Shown: positions 1-9,566 of the stretch, in pieces
How the letters are laid out: every line of letters starts with the position of its first letter
Numbering within the stretch: the first letter of the stretch is position 1
DNA from: Bythopirellula sp.
GTDB lineage: Bacteria; Planctomycetota; Planctomycetia; Pirellulales; Lacipirellulaceae
Length of the DNA: 64,000 bases
Assembly (NCBI GenBank): GCA_965216565.1
Contig: OZ244170.1
Coordinates: 1,376,001 to 1,440,000, forward strand
Reading direction: 5' to 3'
Translations under genes and position numbers: made by a program
Notes under the pieces: model-generated
Database searches by the model: none
The model's input: the letters and a program-made list of their open reading frames with translations, nothing else
What the model was told of the DNA's origin: nothing

Positions 1-558
1 AAAACGCGTACGGTTGCTGTCCGAGTAGAAATGACTAACTTCGACGGACGCCTCAAGCCGGGCGACTACGCAACTGCCACGATTCGTGTCCCAGCCGTGC
101 CTAGAGAAGAGGTTTACGATCCGGCGCTAGCGGGAAAATGGATTAGCCCCATGCATCCGCAGATCATTCGCAGCGGTCCGGGAGAATGCCCTATCTGCGG
201 TATGGATCTGATTCCCACTAGTGACTTGGGCTATGTGGAAAAGCCTGTAGCCGAACAGCAACTGACAAGCGTCCCCAGAAGCGCGGTACTGATGGCTGGC
301 GATAATTCGGTGGTCTACGTGGAAGTAGAACCAGGAGTGTTCGAGATTCGCGAAGTGACCGTGGGCGCTATGACCGACAACTCGGCCGTCATTCTCGACG
401 GCATCCAAGCTGGAGAGACTGTGGCGACGGACGGGAACTTTTTGATCGACTCTCAGATGCAGCTGGGCGGCAAACCTTCGCTGATGGATCCTTCACGCGG
501 CGAAGAAAGTGACGAAGACAGTGCGGCTATGCCGCAGGGGGCCGGGCATGCTCACTAG
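1..558 (+). CDS. cusB: CusB-type efflux RND periplasmic adaptor, C-terminal part (5' end outside window), with heavy-metal-binding domain
   Basis: Frame open from base 1 (KTRTVAVRVE...LKPGDYA); SPMHPQI...GECPICGMDLIP metal motif; MFP C-terminal motifs VPRSAV and GETVATDGNFLID; His-ending tail; stop overlaps cusA start. Confidence 0.9.
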   Translation, partial: KTRTVAVRVEMTNFDGRLKPGDYATATIRVPAVPREEVYDPALAGKWISPMHPQIIRSGPGECPICGMDLIPTSDLGYVEKPVAEQQLTSVPRSAVLMAGDNSVVYVEVEPGVFEIREVTVGAMTDNSAVILDGIQAGETVATDGNFLIDSQMQLGGKPSLMDPSRGEESDEDSAAMPQGAGHAH

Positions 559-3500
559 TCTCGTCAGATTTTGTGTCAAAGAAGCACCGCTGGTCGTGCT
601 GCTGACCATAGGGTTAGTCGTTTATGGTTGGTACAGCTACCAGACCGTGCCGATCGATGCGATTCCCAATGTCGGCGAGAACCAGGTGATCGTACTGACG
701 CCTTGGCCGGGGCGTTCGCCGAAAGACATCGAAGATCAAGTCACCTATCCGCTCAGCGTGTCTCTACTTGCCGTGCCGGGAGCGGAAAGCGTGCGGGGCA
801 AAAGCATGTTCGGATATTCGTTCGTGCAAGTGACCTTCAAAGATAGCATCGATTTTTACTGGGCCCGCAGCCGTGTCTCCGAACAGCTCGGATCGGCCGC
901 TGCGCAACTACCAGATGGCGTGACCCCACAGCTAGGTCCCGACGCGACCGGCTTGGGACAAATCCTCTACTACATTCTCATCCCGCCTAAAGAAGGCAGA
1001 AGCCTGGCCGAACTGCGGTCTCTGCAAGACTTCGTCGTAAAGTTTGAACTGCAAGCGGTCGAAGGCGTCAGCGAGGTGGCCTCGATTGGCGGCTACGTCC
1101 GGCAATATCAGATAGAAGTTGATCCGGACAAATTGAGGTTTCACAACCTGCCCCTCGATCAACTCGTGATGGCAGTGAGGGGTTCTAATCTGGATGTGGG
1201 CGCTAAGACCATTGAATCGTCCGGGATGGAGTTCATCGTTCGCGGCAAGGGATTCTTAGGCACCGGTGGCGATGTTGCCAAGGCGATTCGCGATATTGAG
1301 GAAACCGTCATCGAGCAGCGCGACGGCGTACCGCTGCGAATTCAGGACGTCGCCCGGGTGCAACTGGGTCCCGACTTTCGGCGTGGTGCGCTCGACTACA
1401 ACGGCGGCGAAGCGGTAGGTGGTGTCGTGGTGATGCGCTACGGCGAAAATCCACGCGCGGTGATCGATCGCGTTAAAACTCGCATTGAGCAAATCACACC
1501 ATCTTTGGGCGGCGTAACCATCAAGGCGATCTATGACCGTACTGGGCTGATTGACGAAACGGTGGGCACACTCACAACCGCGCTACGTGAAGAAATCATC
1601 ATCACCGCGATAGTGATCTTACTATTCTTGCTGCATATCCGCAGCAGTCTGATCGTCGCCGCGACATTGCCCGTGGCAGTGCTTCTTTCCTTCGTAGCAA
1701 TGAAAACCTTTGGCGTCGATGCAAACATTATGTCTCTCGCCGGGATTGCTATTGCCATCGGGACGATGGTCGATATGGGAATCATCGTATCTGAAAACAT
1801 CTATCAGCATTTGGCGGAATGGGAAAGGGAGGGTTCATCCGGCGGCCGCGAGCGGCGGGCAAAGGTGATTGCAGACGCGGCAACCGAAGTCGCTCCAGCA
1901 GTCGTCACGGCAGTGACAACAACCATCGTCAGTTTTCTGCCAGTGTTTTTCCTGACCGGACGTGATTATAAGCTGTTTAGTCCCCTGGCATGGACCAAGA
2001 CTTTCGCGATTGCATCCGCATTGCTCGTAGCGATCACTCTTGTGCCAGCTCTTTGCAGGTTGCTGCTCCGAAGTGCTCGCTGGCCAAAGGGTGTCAGCAT
2101 CGCCTCGGCAATCACAGGATCGCTGCTTGCTGGAATGATAGTCTACCTTCTTTGGGCGGATGCCATTGAGCAAGCTTACTCGGTACCGCCGATCGCTTCG
2201 ACTGCGATTGCACTCGTGCTGGGAGGAGGGGCTGGTTGGCTGATGACTCGCGAGCGAGTGAAGCCCATCGAGGAAGGTTTTGTCAGCCGCTGGATTGTTC
2301 GCGCGTACGTACCAACCCTGCGTCTATTCCTCGCTTATAAGGCTGCATTCTTAACGCTTCCGTTGTTGATTATTGTCGTCGGCCTGGGAGGATGGATTGG
2401 CCTGCCGACGGTGCTTGCTCCGGCAGAAAAAGTCGTCAGTTGGTTAGGAGTCAGGCCGAACGAATTACCCGGCTACGTTGGCCTCAAACACAGCTTCACG
2501 GGTCTGGAGAGCGACGATTGGATCGCGCTGGACGAAGGAAGCTGGTTCTACATGCCAACGCTCTACCCCGCGGCCAGTTTCACCCAAGCAATGCAAGTGT
2601 TGCAGTCGCAGGATGTGCTCATCAAGCAGATTCCCGAGGTAGATGATGTGCTCGGCAAGATCGGTCGCGTGGAATCGGCACTCGACCCGGCGCCTGCTGC
2701 GATGGTGGAGACGTACGTGATGCTCAAACCGCGCGATCAATGGCGCGAAGGAGTTTCGTCGCGTGACGTGTGGGACGAGATCAATGCAGCGGCCACACTG
2801 CCGGGAGTAACGCCCGCGAGTCCTCTGCAACCGATCGAAGGCCGTGTGGTGATGCTGCAAAGCGGTATTAAGGCACCGATGGCAATCCGAATTTACGGTG
2901 ATACGCTCAGCGATTTGGCCGACGCCGCTCTCTCCGTCGCCGCCCATCTGAAAGAATCGCCCTACGTCAATGCAGGCACGGTCAATCCTGACATCGTGCT
3001 TGGCAAGCCTTACGTTGAGTTTACTGTCGATCGCGAAGCCGCAGCCCGTTACGGCATGACCGTTAAAATGGTCAATCAAGTCGTTGAGACCGCACTCGGT
3101 GGCATGAACCTCATCAAGACTGTAGAAGGTCGCGAACGCTATCCCGTGCGACTACGCTATCGTCGCGATCTGAGAGAACGAATTGATCAACTTGCTACAC
3201 TTCCGGTGGTGACGCACTCAGGCGCCGTCGTGCCGCTCGAAGAATTAGCCACGCTGGAAACGACCTGGGGGCCAGGTGCCATCAACAGTGAAAATGCTCG
3301 GCTGGTTGCCCATGTGGCGTTTGCCAGTAGTGGTCGTGTGGGAGACTTGGAATCGGTCGCTGCAATCGAGAAATCGCTTCGCGAAGCACAGGCATTGCCG
3401 GAAAGCGATCCACAGCGATTGAGTTTGCCAGCAGGCTACTCGCTTGAAGCGGTTGGAAGCTTCACCAATCAAATCGAAGCCAACCGTCGGCTGCTATGGC

Positions 3501-4063
3501 TGGTTCCGTTGGTCGTAGTAATCAACTTATTGATTATCTATCTTCAATTTCGGCATTGGCCAATCACCTTGGCAGTATTCGCGGGCATCCCCGTGGCGTT
3601 TGCCGGAGGGATGATCATGCTTGCCCTCTACGGCACGCAAATGAATACCGCCGTATGGGTCGGCTTTATCGCCCTGTTCGGCATTGCCGTCGACGATGGC
3701 GTAGTCATTGCCACATACCTAGATCAAGTTTTCACGCGGCTCAAGCTCAAAACCGTTGAGGACATCCGGTTCGCCACGATTGAGGCTGGCATGCGTCGCA
3801 TCAGGCCTTGCTTGATGACCACGGCGACGACGGTCTTGGCCTTGGTGCCTGTGCTGTTGTCGACAGGCCGTGGAGCTGATGTGGCAAGAGCTATGGCCCT
3901 ACCAGTGTTTGGAGGAATGATCGTTGAGTTGGTAACGCTGTTTGTCGTGCCGGTCGTGTTTTGCGGCTACAAAGAATTCAAGATGCGAATGGGGCTTGCT
4001 GATCGCCATTGGGAAGGTGTGGAGTCAGCAGGCCAGGCAACTGATTTTGTGCCGGCGGTGTAG
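548..4063 (+). CDS. cusA: CusA/CzcA heavy-metal efflux RND permease, Cu(I)/Ag(I) type
   Basis: PIDAIP, GPDATGLG, SLAGIAIAIGTMVD and RIRPCLMT motifs; Met residues in FYMPT, AMVET and RVVMLQSG correspond to the CusA three-Met site; ATG 548 overlaps cusB stop. Confidence 0.95.
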   Translation: MLTSLVRFCVKEAPLVVLLTIGLVVYGWYSYQTVPIDAIPNVGENQVIVLTPWPGRSPKDIEDQVTYPLSVSLLAVPGAESVRGKSMFGYSFVQVTFKDSIDFYWARSRVSEQLGSAAAQLPDGVTPQLGPDATGLGQILYYILIPPKEGRSLAELRSLQDFVVKFELQAVEGVSEVASIGGYVRQYQIEVDPDKLRFHNLPLDQLVMAVRGSNLDVGAKTIESSGMEFIVRGKGFLGTGGDVAKAIRDIEETVIEQRDGVPLRIQDVARVQLGPDFRRGALDYNGGEAVGGVVVMRYGENPRAVIDRVKTRIEQITPSLGGVTIKAIYDRTGLIDETVGTLTTALREEIIITAIVILLFLLHIRSSLIVAATLPVAVLLSFVAMKTFGVDANIMSLAGIAIAIGTMVDMGIIVSENIYQHLAEWEREGSSGGRERRAKVIADAATEVAPAVVTAVTTTIVSFLPVFFLTGRDYKLFSPLAWTKTFAIASALLVAITLVPALCRLLLRSARWPKGVSIASAITGSLLAGMIVYLLWADAIEQAYSVPPIASTAIALVLGGGAGWLMTRERVKPIEEGFVSRWIVRAYVPTLRLFLAYKAAFLTLPLLIIVVGLGGWIGLPTVLAPAEKVVSWLGVRPNELPGYVGLKHSFTGLESDDWIALDEGSWFYMPTLYPAASFTQAMQVLQSQDVLIKQIPEVDDVLGKIGRVESALDPAPAAMVETYVMLKPRDQWREGVSSRDVWDEINAAATLPGVTPASPLQPIEGRVVMLQSGIKAPMAIRIYGDTLSDLADAALSVAAHLKESPYVNAGTVNPDIVLGKPYVEFTVDREAAARYGMTVKMVNQVVETALGGMNLIKTVEGRERYPVRLRYRRDLRERIDQLATLPVVTHSGAVVPLEELATLETTWGPGAINSENARLVAHVAFASSGRVGDLESVAAIEKSLREAQALPESDPQRLSLPAGYSLEAVGSFTNQIEANRRLLWLVPLVVVINLLIIYLQFRHWPITLAVFAGIPVAFAGGMIMLALYGTQMNTAVWVGFIALFGIAVDDGVVIATYLDQVFTRLKLKTVEDIRFATIEAGMRRIRPCLMTTATTVLALVPVLLSTGRGADVARAMALPVFGGMIVELVTLFVVPVVFCGYKEFKMRMGLADRHWEGVESAGQATDFVPAV

Positions 4064-4111
4064 GGATAGATTGCTGGCTTATTTAGATTCTGTTTAGAAA
4101 GGATTGGAAAA

Positions 4112-5371
4112 ATGAGAAAACTGATTTCGATTGTTATTGTCAGCACATTGTTGCTAAGTGCGTCGTTAGCGTGGGCGCAATCTCGACAAGAGTCCCGCAA
4201 TCAAGGCGAAAGCGATCATCACGCTCATGATCACACAGATAGCCAGCAGGACGAAACTTCCAAGACATTGCCTGAGGAGAAACCACGTAAGGATAACACT
4301 GGTCCTCATGGAGGCACTGTTCAGCAAGTAGGCGTTTTGCAGGTAGAGACTCTAATTGAACCGGGAGGACTGCGTCTGTTTATCACCGATCACAGCGGAA
4401 AGGCTCTCGACTTGAGTGGTGCTCGTGGTCTCGCCACCCTTCACGTTGCAGGAGACGCAAAACGTTACCGCTACGACCTATTTCCCGACACAGGAGAAAA
4501 TAAGCAAGCAGGATCGATGGCGGTAGCAGTCGACTTTTCCCGTATTGCAGGCCGCGATGTGGAGGTTGCCTATCAACTGGTGGGCGTTCAAGGAGAACGA
4601 CGACCATTGCATTTCTCTGTCGCTGCCTCGGTACCGATGACCGAAGCACAAAAAATGGCCGCCGCGATCGAGGCTCAGAAAGTGTGCCCTGTCAGCGGCC
4701 AACCGTTGGGTGCGATGGGCAAACCAATCGCCGTTGCTGCCGGCGATCGGACAATCTACGTGTGCTGTGAAGGGTGTATCGAGAGTGTACAAGAGGAGCC
4801 TGAGAAGTATTTGGAGATTGTGTTCGGGGCATCCGGCACCGTCCCCCCCGGAAGCGAAGAGGTCCGCCCAGGTGTGTTCGAGGTAGTTGCCGCCGACCAA
4901 CCCTTTATCTCTGCGCAACAAAAATGCCCAGTCATGGATGAAGCACTCGACGGCATGGGGGGCCCTTACAAAGTGCACGCTAATGGCAAGGCGATTTATA
5001 TTTGCTGCCCAGGTTGCGCAAAGAAGATCATTGCCGAGCCAACCAAGTATTTGGAAGTGTTATCAGAACAGGGCATTCATCCACCCGAATTAAAAGAGGC
5101 GACTCATGCTGCTGTTACCTCGCAAGGTGAAGAAGTCCGACCTGGCATCTTCAAAGTGACAGCTGCCGACAAACCCTTTGTCCAAGCGCAGAAGTTGTGC
5201 CCAGTTATGGACGAACCCTTGGACGGGATGGGTGGGCCTTACCGTACCGATGTGGCAGGCCGTGTCGTCTACCTTTGCTGCCCCGGATGCGCAAAGAAGT
5301 TGCGTGCGAGTCCAGATAAGTTTCTCGAGAAACTGGCGAATCAAGGAGTAACGCCACCCGTAGCCCAGTAA
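4112..5371 (+). CDS. Exported metal-binding protein: His-rich segment, GPHGG domain, three YHS/TRASH-like CPV...YxCCxGC repeats
   Basis: Signal peptide (MRKLISIVIVSTLLLSASLAWA); HHAHDH; three QKxCPV..L.xMG.P...Y(V/I/L)CC(E/P)GC repeats. Confidence 0.85.
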   Translation: MRKLISIVIVSTLLLSASLAWAQSRQESRNQGESDHHAHDHTDSQQDETSKTLPEEKPRKDNTGPHGGTVQQVGVLQVETLIEPGGLRLFITDHSGKALDLSGARGLATLHVAGDAKRYRYDLFPDTGENKQAGSMAVAVDFSRIAGRDVEVAYQLVGVQGERRPLHFSVAASVPMTEAQKMAAAIEAQKVCPVSGQPLGAMGKPIAVAAGDRTIYVCCEGCIESVQEEPEKYLEIVFGASGTVPPGSEEVRPGVFEVVAADQPFISAQQKCPVMDEALDGMGGPYKVHANGKAIYICCPGCAKKIIAEPTKYLEVLSEQGIHPPELKEATHAAVTSQGEEVRPGIFKVTAADKPFVQAQKLCPVMDEPLDGMGGPYRTDVAGRVVYLCCPGCAKKLRASPDKFLEKLANQGVTPPVAQ

Positions 5372-5388
5372 CGTGAATGAAGAGTTAC

Positions 5389-5456
5389 GCGGGGGCGGCG
5401 ACGCGTGGATGGTAGGTTCTGCCTATCGGAAGGGCCCCGTCGCCTCCGCCTTTCCT
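5389..5456. terminator. GC-rich hairpin between convergent genes, possible terminator
   Basis: GCGGGGGCGGCG...CGTCGCCTCCGC followed by CTTTCCT, between stops at 5371 and 5463. Confidence 0.4.
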
Positions 5457-5462
5457 CTGAAG

Positions 5463-5750
5463 CTAATCGACAACACTCGCGTACTTGCGAAAAAGCTCGA
5501 TTAATTCATCCAGTTTTTCATTCCTCGCCTTCGCACTGCCACTTCTTGCAGCGTCGGCTACACAAGTACGTATATGACTCTCAATGATGAGTTGCCCGAC
5601 TTTCCCTAGAGCGCCGCTAGCCGCCGCAATTTGAGTAAGAATTTCTACACAGTACACGTCCTCGTCCATCATGCGCTGAACCGCAGCCACTTGGCCTGAA
5701 ATACGACGGAGCCGATTCGACAGTTTAGATTTTTCGTGTTCAGTGAGCAT
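5463..5750 (-). CDS. csoR: CsoR/RcnR-family metal-sensing repressor, Cu(I) type
   Basis: NRLRRISGQV, YCVEILTQIAA and SHIRTCV give the x-Cys-His-Cys CsoR fingerprint. Confidence 0.93.
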   Translation of the reverse strand: MLTEHEKSKLSNRLRRISGQVAAVQRMMDEDVYCVEILTQIAAASGALGKVGQLIIESHIRTCVADAARSGSAKARNEKLDELIELFRKYASVVD

Positions 5751-5865
5751 CGCCACCAGACGCCATTTGCCATTGGGGAAGGAAAAACGAGATCACCCAT
5801 ATTAACGGCAAATGACGTCCGGGCCTAGCGGAAGCAGCGAACTGAATGGCATTCAACCAAGCTGG

Positions 5866-6192
5866 CTAGCTGGCGACCGAGCGACAAGCTTCAGCGCATT
5901 TACGGCAACTATCAGCGCAGTTTTGGCAGTGGTCGTGGTCGTGGGCATCGCACTGCTCTGCGCACCAATCACAGATCTTTGCGCAAAGTTGGCAAAATTC
6001 GCCTACATACCGTCCGTTTATCGCCATGGCTTCGACACAGGCCCGGCAAATCGCCGCACATTCAAGGCAACATTTTGGGCAGTCATTGGAACTATCCTTG
6101 CCCAGCATTCCTTCGACGCAGGCCAAGCAGTCGGCCAGACAGGCATTGCATGCCTCGATGCAAGTTTCGTATTTTTTCGTTGTGGTAGACAT
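5866..6192 (-). CDS. Four-helix-bundle copper storage protein (Csp3/DUF326-like), cytosolic
   Basis: 108 aa with 21 Cys in CxxxC/CxxC periodicity; HDHDHC motif; no signal peptide. Confidence 0.92.
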   Translation of the reverse strand: MSTTTKKYETCIEACNACLADCLACVEGMLGKDSSNDCPKCCLECAAICRACVEAMAINGRYVGEFCQLCAKICDWCAEQCDAHDHDHCQNCADSCRKCAEACRSVAS

Positions 6193-6264
6193 CCGGTTTT
6201 CTCCTATTCTGGTGGTGAAGGCGAGGTTCTCGCCGAATAACTGACTGAATTAGGAGCAAATCGC

Positions 6265-6281
6265 ATACCACCCTGGGGTAT
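6265..6281. promoter_or_regulatory. CsoR-type operator upstream of csp-csoR
   Basis: ATACCACCCTGGGGTAT: 15-bp TACC-N7-GGTA pseudo-palindrome with C/G tracts. Confidence 0.8.
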
Positions 6282-6303
6282 TGTGCCATGCCGAGGGGAA
6301 AAT

Positions 6304-7848
6304 CTAACTGTGTTTCATCTGTGGAGCGGCCTGATAGTCGCCCGGTGTGCCAAACCGTCGCACGATCTCGGCAAAAACGGCGCCCTTTTCGACAGGTTCG
6401 TCGCTTTCCATAACGATGCGATAGAGGTCGTCAGGTAGAACTCGCATCACCGTCATCAGCCCTTTGACAGCCATTAGATAGTTGGCTCGCATCCCTTGTA
6501 CTTCACGCCTATTCCACAGCGTTTTCATGGTCGACTTGTTCATCGACATACCTTGCATCTTCTGGGGGTAGCCTGGCGTGGAAAAACTCTGGCCATGATT
6601 AGCATCGACTGACGGTCGGCTATCCAAATTGGCAAGATAACGATCGACGGAACTGTTGCTGCGAATGCGCGGTCCTACCTGTCTTGTCATGTGGTTCATC
6701 ATGTGATGAACCATATGGCAGTGGAAAATCCAATCGCCAGGATTATTAGCAACGAATTCGAATGTAGAGGCTTGGGCGACCCCTACGAGTTCATTGTTTC
6801 GCGGAATCCAGGCACTCTTGGGGGCGCGTGCACCTTCGTGTCCTGTCACCCAAAATGTGTGACCATGGAGGTGGATTGGGTGATGCTGCATAGGGGCGAA
6901 ATTCATCAGTCGCACTCGTACTCGTTCGCCATGCTTGCAAACGAGCGGCGTGGTGTATGGGCCGCTACGACCGTTGATCGTATGCCAATTCCAATCCATC
7001 GACCAACTGTCGGAAATGGTTTGAGTGGGCTCAATAAAAAAGTTTTGAAATATTAGACCAAAATCACGGTCTACGGGAGGGTCGAACACTTTCTTGGGAT
7101 GTACGATAAACCACCCAACCTGGCCAAAGGCTTCCTGCATTGCGACATGCGAATGGTAGAAAAAGGTACCTTCCTCATGAACGTTGAATTCATAGACGAA
7201 GGTCTCGCCTGGTTTGATAGGATTTTGAGTGAGAGTTGCCGCACCATCGTATTGCACGGGCATCTCAAATCCATGCCAATGAACAAACGTATCTTCAGGC
7301 AGCTCGTTGGTGACAACAAGGCGGACCCGATCACCTTGGTTCACTTCGATTGTTGGTCCTGGCATGCTACCGTTGTAGCCATAGACGTTCATTTTGTAGC
7401 CCGGTAAGAATTCTCGTTCGACTGCCATGGGAACCAGATGAAACTCTTTGGCACCGTTGACCATTTTCCAGGGTAGTTTTTGGAGATCCGGTGCGACGAA
7501 AGGTGCTGGGCCAGCGGCGGCACTTCGAAACCCTGGAACCAATTTGCCGAGATAGTAATCAGAGTCTGGATCGTTGCCTCGGCTAGGTTGGTAGCGCGAA
7601 AAGCCGTCGAACTCCTCGGCATCGCCGACAGGCCGATTGGCCGAAGCATTGCCAATCGGCGCAGGCATTCGGTGCCCACTTCCATGATTATCGTGCTGAT
7701 TACTCGCACTGTGTATTAGAGGGCCTGACTGGATAGACTGGGCGTTTGCCTGGTTGGCAAGAACGCCGCCTGCAAATGCTCCGCCTGCGGCGATGGCAGA
7801 CTTTTTGAGAAAGTCACGACGAAGAGTATCATCCGGCTGTTTGGTCAT
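6304..7848 (-). CDS. Tat-exported multicopper oxidase (two cupredoxin domains, Met-rich C-terminal tail)
   Basis: RRDFLK Tat motif; HWHG, YHSH, HPIHLHGH and HCHMVHHM copper motifs. Confidence 0.93.
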   Translation of the reverse strand: MTKQPDDTLRRDFLKKSAIAAGGAFAGGVLANQANAQSIQSGPLIHSASNQHDNHGSGHRMPAPIGNASANRPVGDAEEFDGFSRYQPSRGNDPDSDYYLGKLVPGFRSAAAGPAPFVAPDLQKLPWKMVNGAKEFHLVPMAVEREFLPGYKMNVYGYNGSMPGPTIEVNQGDRVRLVVTNELPEDTFVHWHGFEMPVQYDGAATLTQNPIKPGETFVYEFNVHEEGTFFYHSHVAMQEAFGQVGWFIVHPKKVFDPPVDRDFGLIFQNFFIEPTQTISDSWSMDWNWHTINGRSGPYTTPLVCKHGERVRVRLMNFAPMQHHPIHLHGHTFWVTGHEGARAPKSAWIPRNNELVGVAQASTFEFVANNPGDWIFHCHMVHHMMNHMTRQVGPRIRSNSSVDRYLANLDSRPSVDANHGQSFSTPGYPQKMQGMSMNKSTMKTLWNRREVQGMRANYLMAVKGLMTVMRVLPDDLYRIVMESDEPVEKGAVFAEIVRRFGTPGDYQAAPQMKHS

Positions 7849-7918
7849 GACAGAAACTCACTTAACTAGGGCAGGAGGTAAAACTCGTAAATGTGGTAGG
7901 ATGAGGTTTTAAAGGAAC

Positions 7919-9346
7919 CTACCTTGGCTTGGGCACTGCATTGATGTGGCCAGGAGGTGCAATACCGGGTGCCGCCATCAAGCCATCGTGGAGTAAATAT
8001 CCGTAGATCAGAACTTCATGCTCGCGTGCTGCCAAAAGATTATCGACCTGCATCAATTGAGCGTCAAAATAATCGTGTTGCACCATGAGTACGTCTGGCC
8101 AATCAACCCGATTTTCCTGATAACTCTCCAAAATCTCGGCGTATGCGGCCTTCGATTCTGGCAATATCACTCGCTCAAACTCGCCAACATGCTGCAGGGC
8201 CGTGACATAACGTTGGTAAGACGAGGCTAGCCGATCGCGGAGTTGGAGTTCCATACGATTGATCTCTTCCCGCTGACGTGCGTAATCAGCTTGGGCCTGG
8301 CGAATGGTACCCTGATTCCTGTCGTAAAGGGGTACTTCGAGAGCAACGCCAGCCACTGCCGTAGTTTCTCTAGCATCGAAGTTGTAACCAGCACCACCCC
8401 GCACCACCACGTCGGGCACCCATTCGACGCTTTCACGACGAATGGTAGTCTGGTCAACAGAGAGTTTGGCCCGGGCTGCTGCCAACTCAGGACTTTCAGC
8501 GAGTAACCGACTATAAGCATAATCGAAGCTGATGACGTCACATTGTGGCATGAGGTCGCCAGCGACCAGCCCCTCATGCAGCGGCACACCCACAAGTGCC
8601 ACTAAGCTACGAAACTGCTCTTGGTAAGCGTTCTTTGCCTTGAGAATTGCAAGTCGTGCTTTCTGCAATGCTATGTTCGCTCGCCTGACTTCAGTTCGAC
8701 GGGCTTGGCCCAGGTTGTATAGTTCCTGTGCGGTGACAGCCGCGTCCTCGGCTGTCTTTAGTAACTCTCCCTTTATGGACAAGATCTCACTGGCAGCAAG
8801 TGACCGATAGAAGTGAATGCGTACGTCATTGCAAACACGAAACCTTTGTGCCATGACCAAATGCTCAGCGACCTGGGCCCGGCGCATGAATTTTTCGCGG
8901 CTGAGTCGAAGTTTGCCCGCTGTGACAAACCGTTGTTGGAGCACACCTCCTTGAAATTCGCCTGGAGAATCAACGTCCCCTGGGACATCGATAAAGATTT
9001 GCTCTGCCTCGTAAGAAAGTATTGGGTTGGGATAGAGACCAGCCTGCAACGCCTTGCCCATTTCAGCGGAGACGCGCAATCTCGACTGCTGGAGCGTGGG
9101 ATTGTTGTCAGCCGCTAAAGCTAGCATCTCTTCGAGTCCGTAGACTTTTGAGGTGTCCGCTAACTCATGCTGCGTGGGTAGTAGTTCAGTGACAAGCCCG
9201 GGAATAGGCGGAGGGTCGGTATAAGCTTCTCCCACTTTGCTAGGAATAGGGGCAGCCTGTGGAGTAACTAAATCCTGTGCTAAACACAGGGAAGTGGCGC
9301 ACACAAAAACCACTACCCAAGCCATCAAACGCAGAAATAATTGCAT
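7919..9346 (-). CDS. TolC/CusC-family outer membrane efflux protein
   Basis: Signal peptide; AGLYPNP and EVPLYDRNQG.I..AQA OEP motifs. Confidence 0.9.
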   Translation of the reverse strand: MQLFLRLMAWVVVFVCATSLCLAQDLVTPQAAPIPSKVGEAYTDPPPIPGLVTELLPTQHELADTSKVYGLEEMLALAADNNPTLQQSRLRVSAEMGKALQAGLYPNPILSYEAEQIFIDVPGDVDSPGEFQGGVLQQRFVTAGKLRLSREKFMRRAQVAEHLVMAQRFRVCNDVRIHFYRSLAASEILSIKGELLKTAEDAAVTAQELYNLGQARRTEVRRANIALQKARLAILKAKNAYQEQFRSLVALVGVPLHEGLVAGDLMPQCDVISFDYAYSRLLAESPELAAARAKLSVDQTTIRRESVEWVPDVVVRGGAGYNFDARETTAVAGVALEVPLYDRNQGTIRQAQADYARQREEINRMELQLRDRLASSYQRYVTALQHVGEFERVILPESKAAYAEILESYQENRVDWPDVLMVQHDYFDAQLMQVDNLLAAREHEVLIYGYLLHDGLMAAPGIAPPGHINAVPKPR

Positions 9347-9405
9347 CGGAAATCACCCAAAAAAGCTATCGAATCCAAGCTGCTTCTTAAACAGGTATCG
9401 GCCAG

Positions 9406-9422
9406 GTACCCCTGGGGGGTAC
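9406..9422. promoter_or_regulatory. CsoR-type operator upstream of TolC-MCO
   Basis: GTACCCCTGGGGGGTAC, same 15-bp TACC-N7-GGTA core, about 60 bp upstream of the TolC start. Confidence 0.8.
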
Positions 9423-9566
9423 ATTTGATTAATCTAACTGCAGATCTTCTTTTTGCTAGCAAACAGAAACTCTGCATAGCCTTAACAACAATAATCAAGA
9501 CATCGGTGCGGCTTCGATCTTGCCCCTTTCAGGCTGGGACCACGCTCATCGAGGCATGTACGTTTT

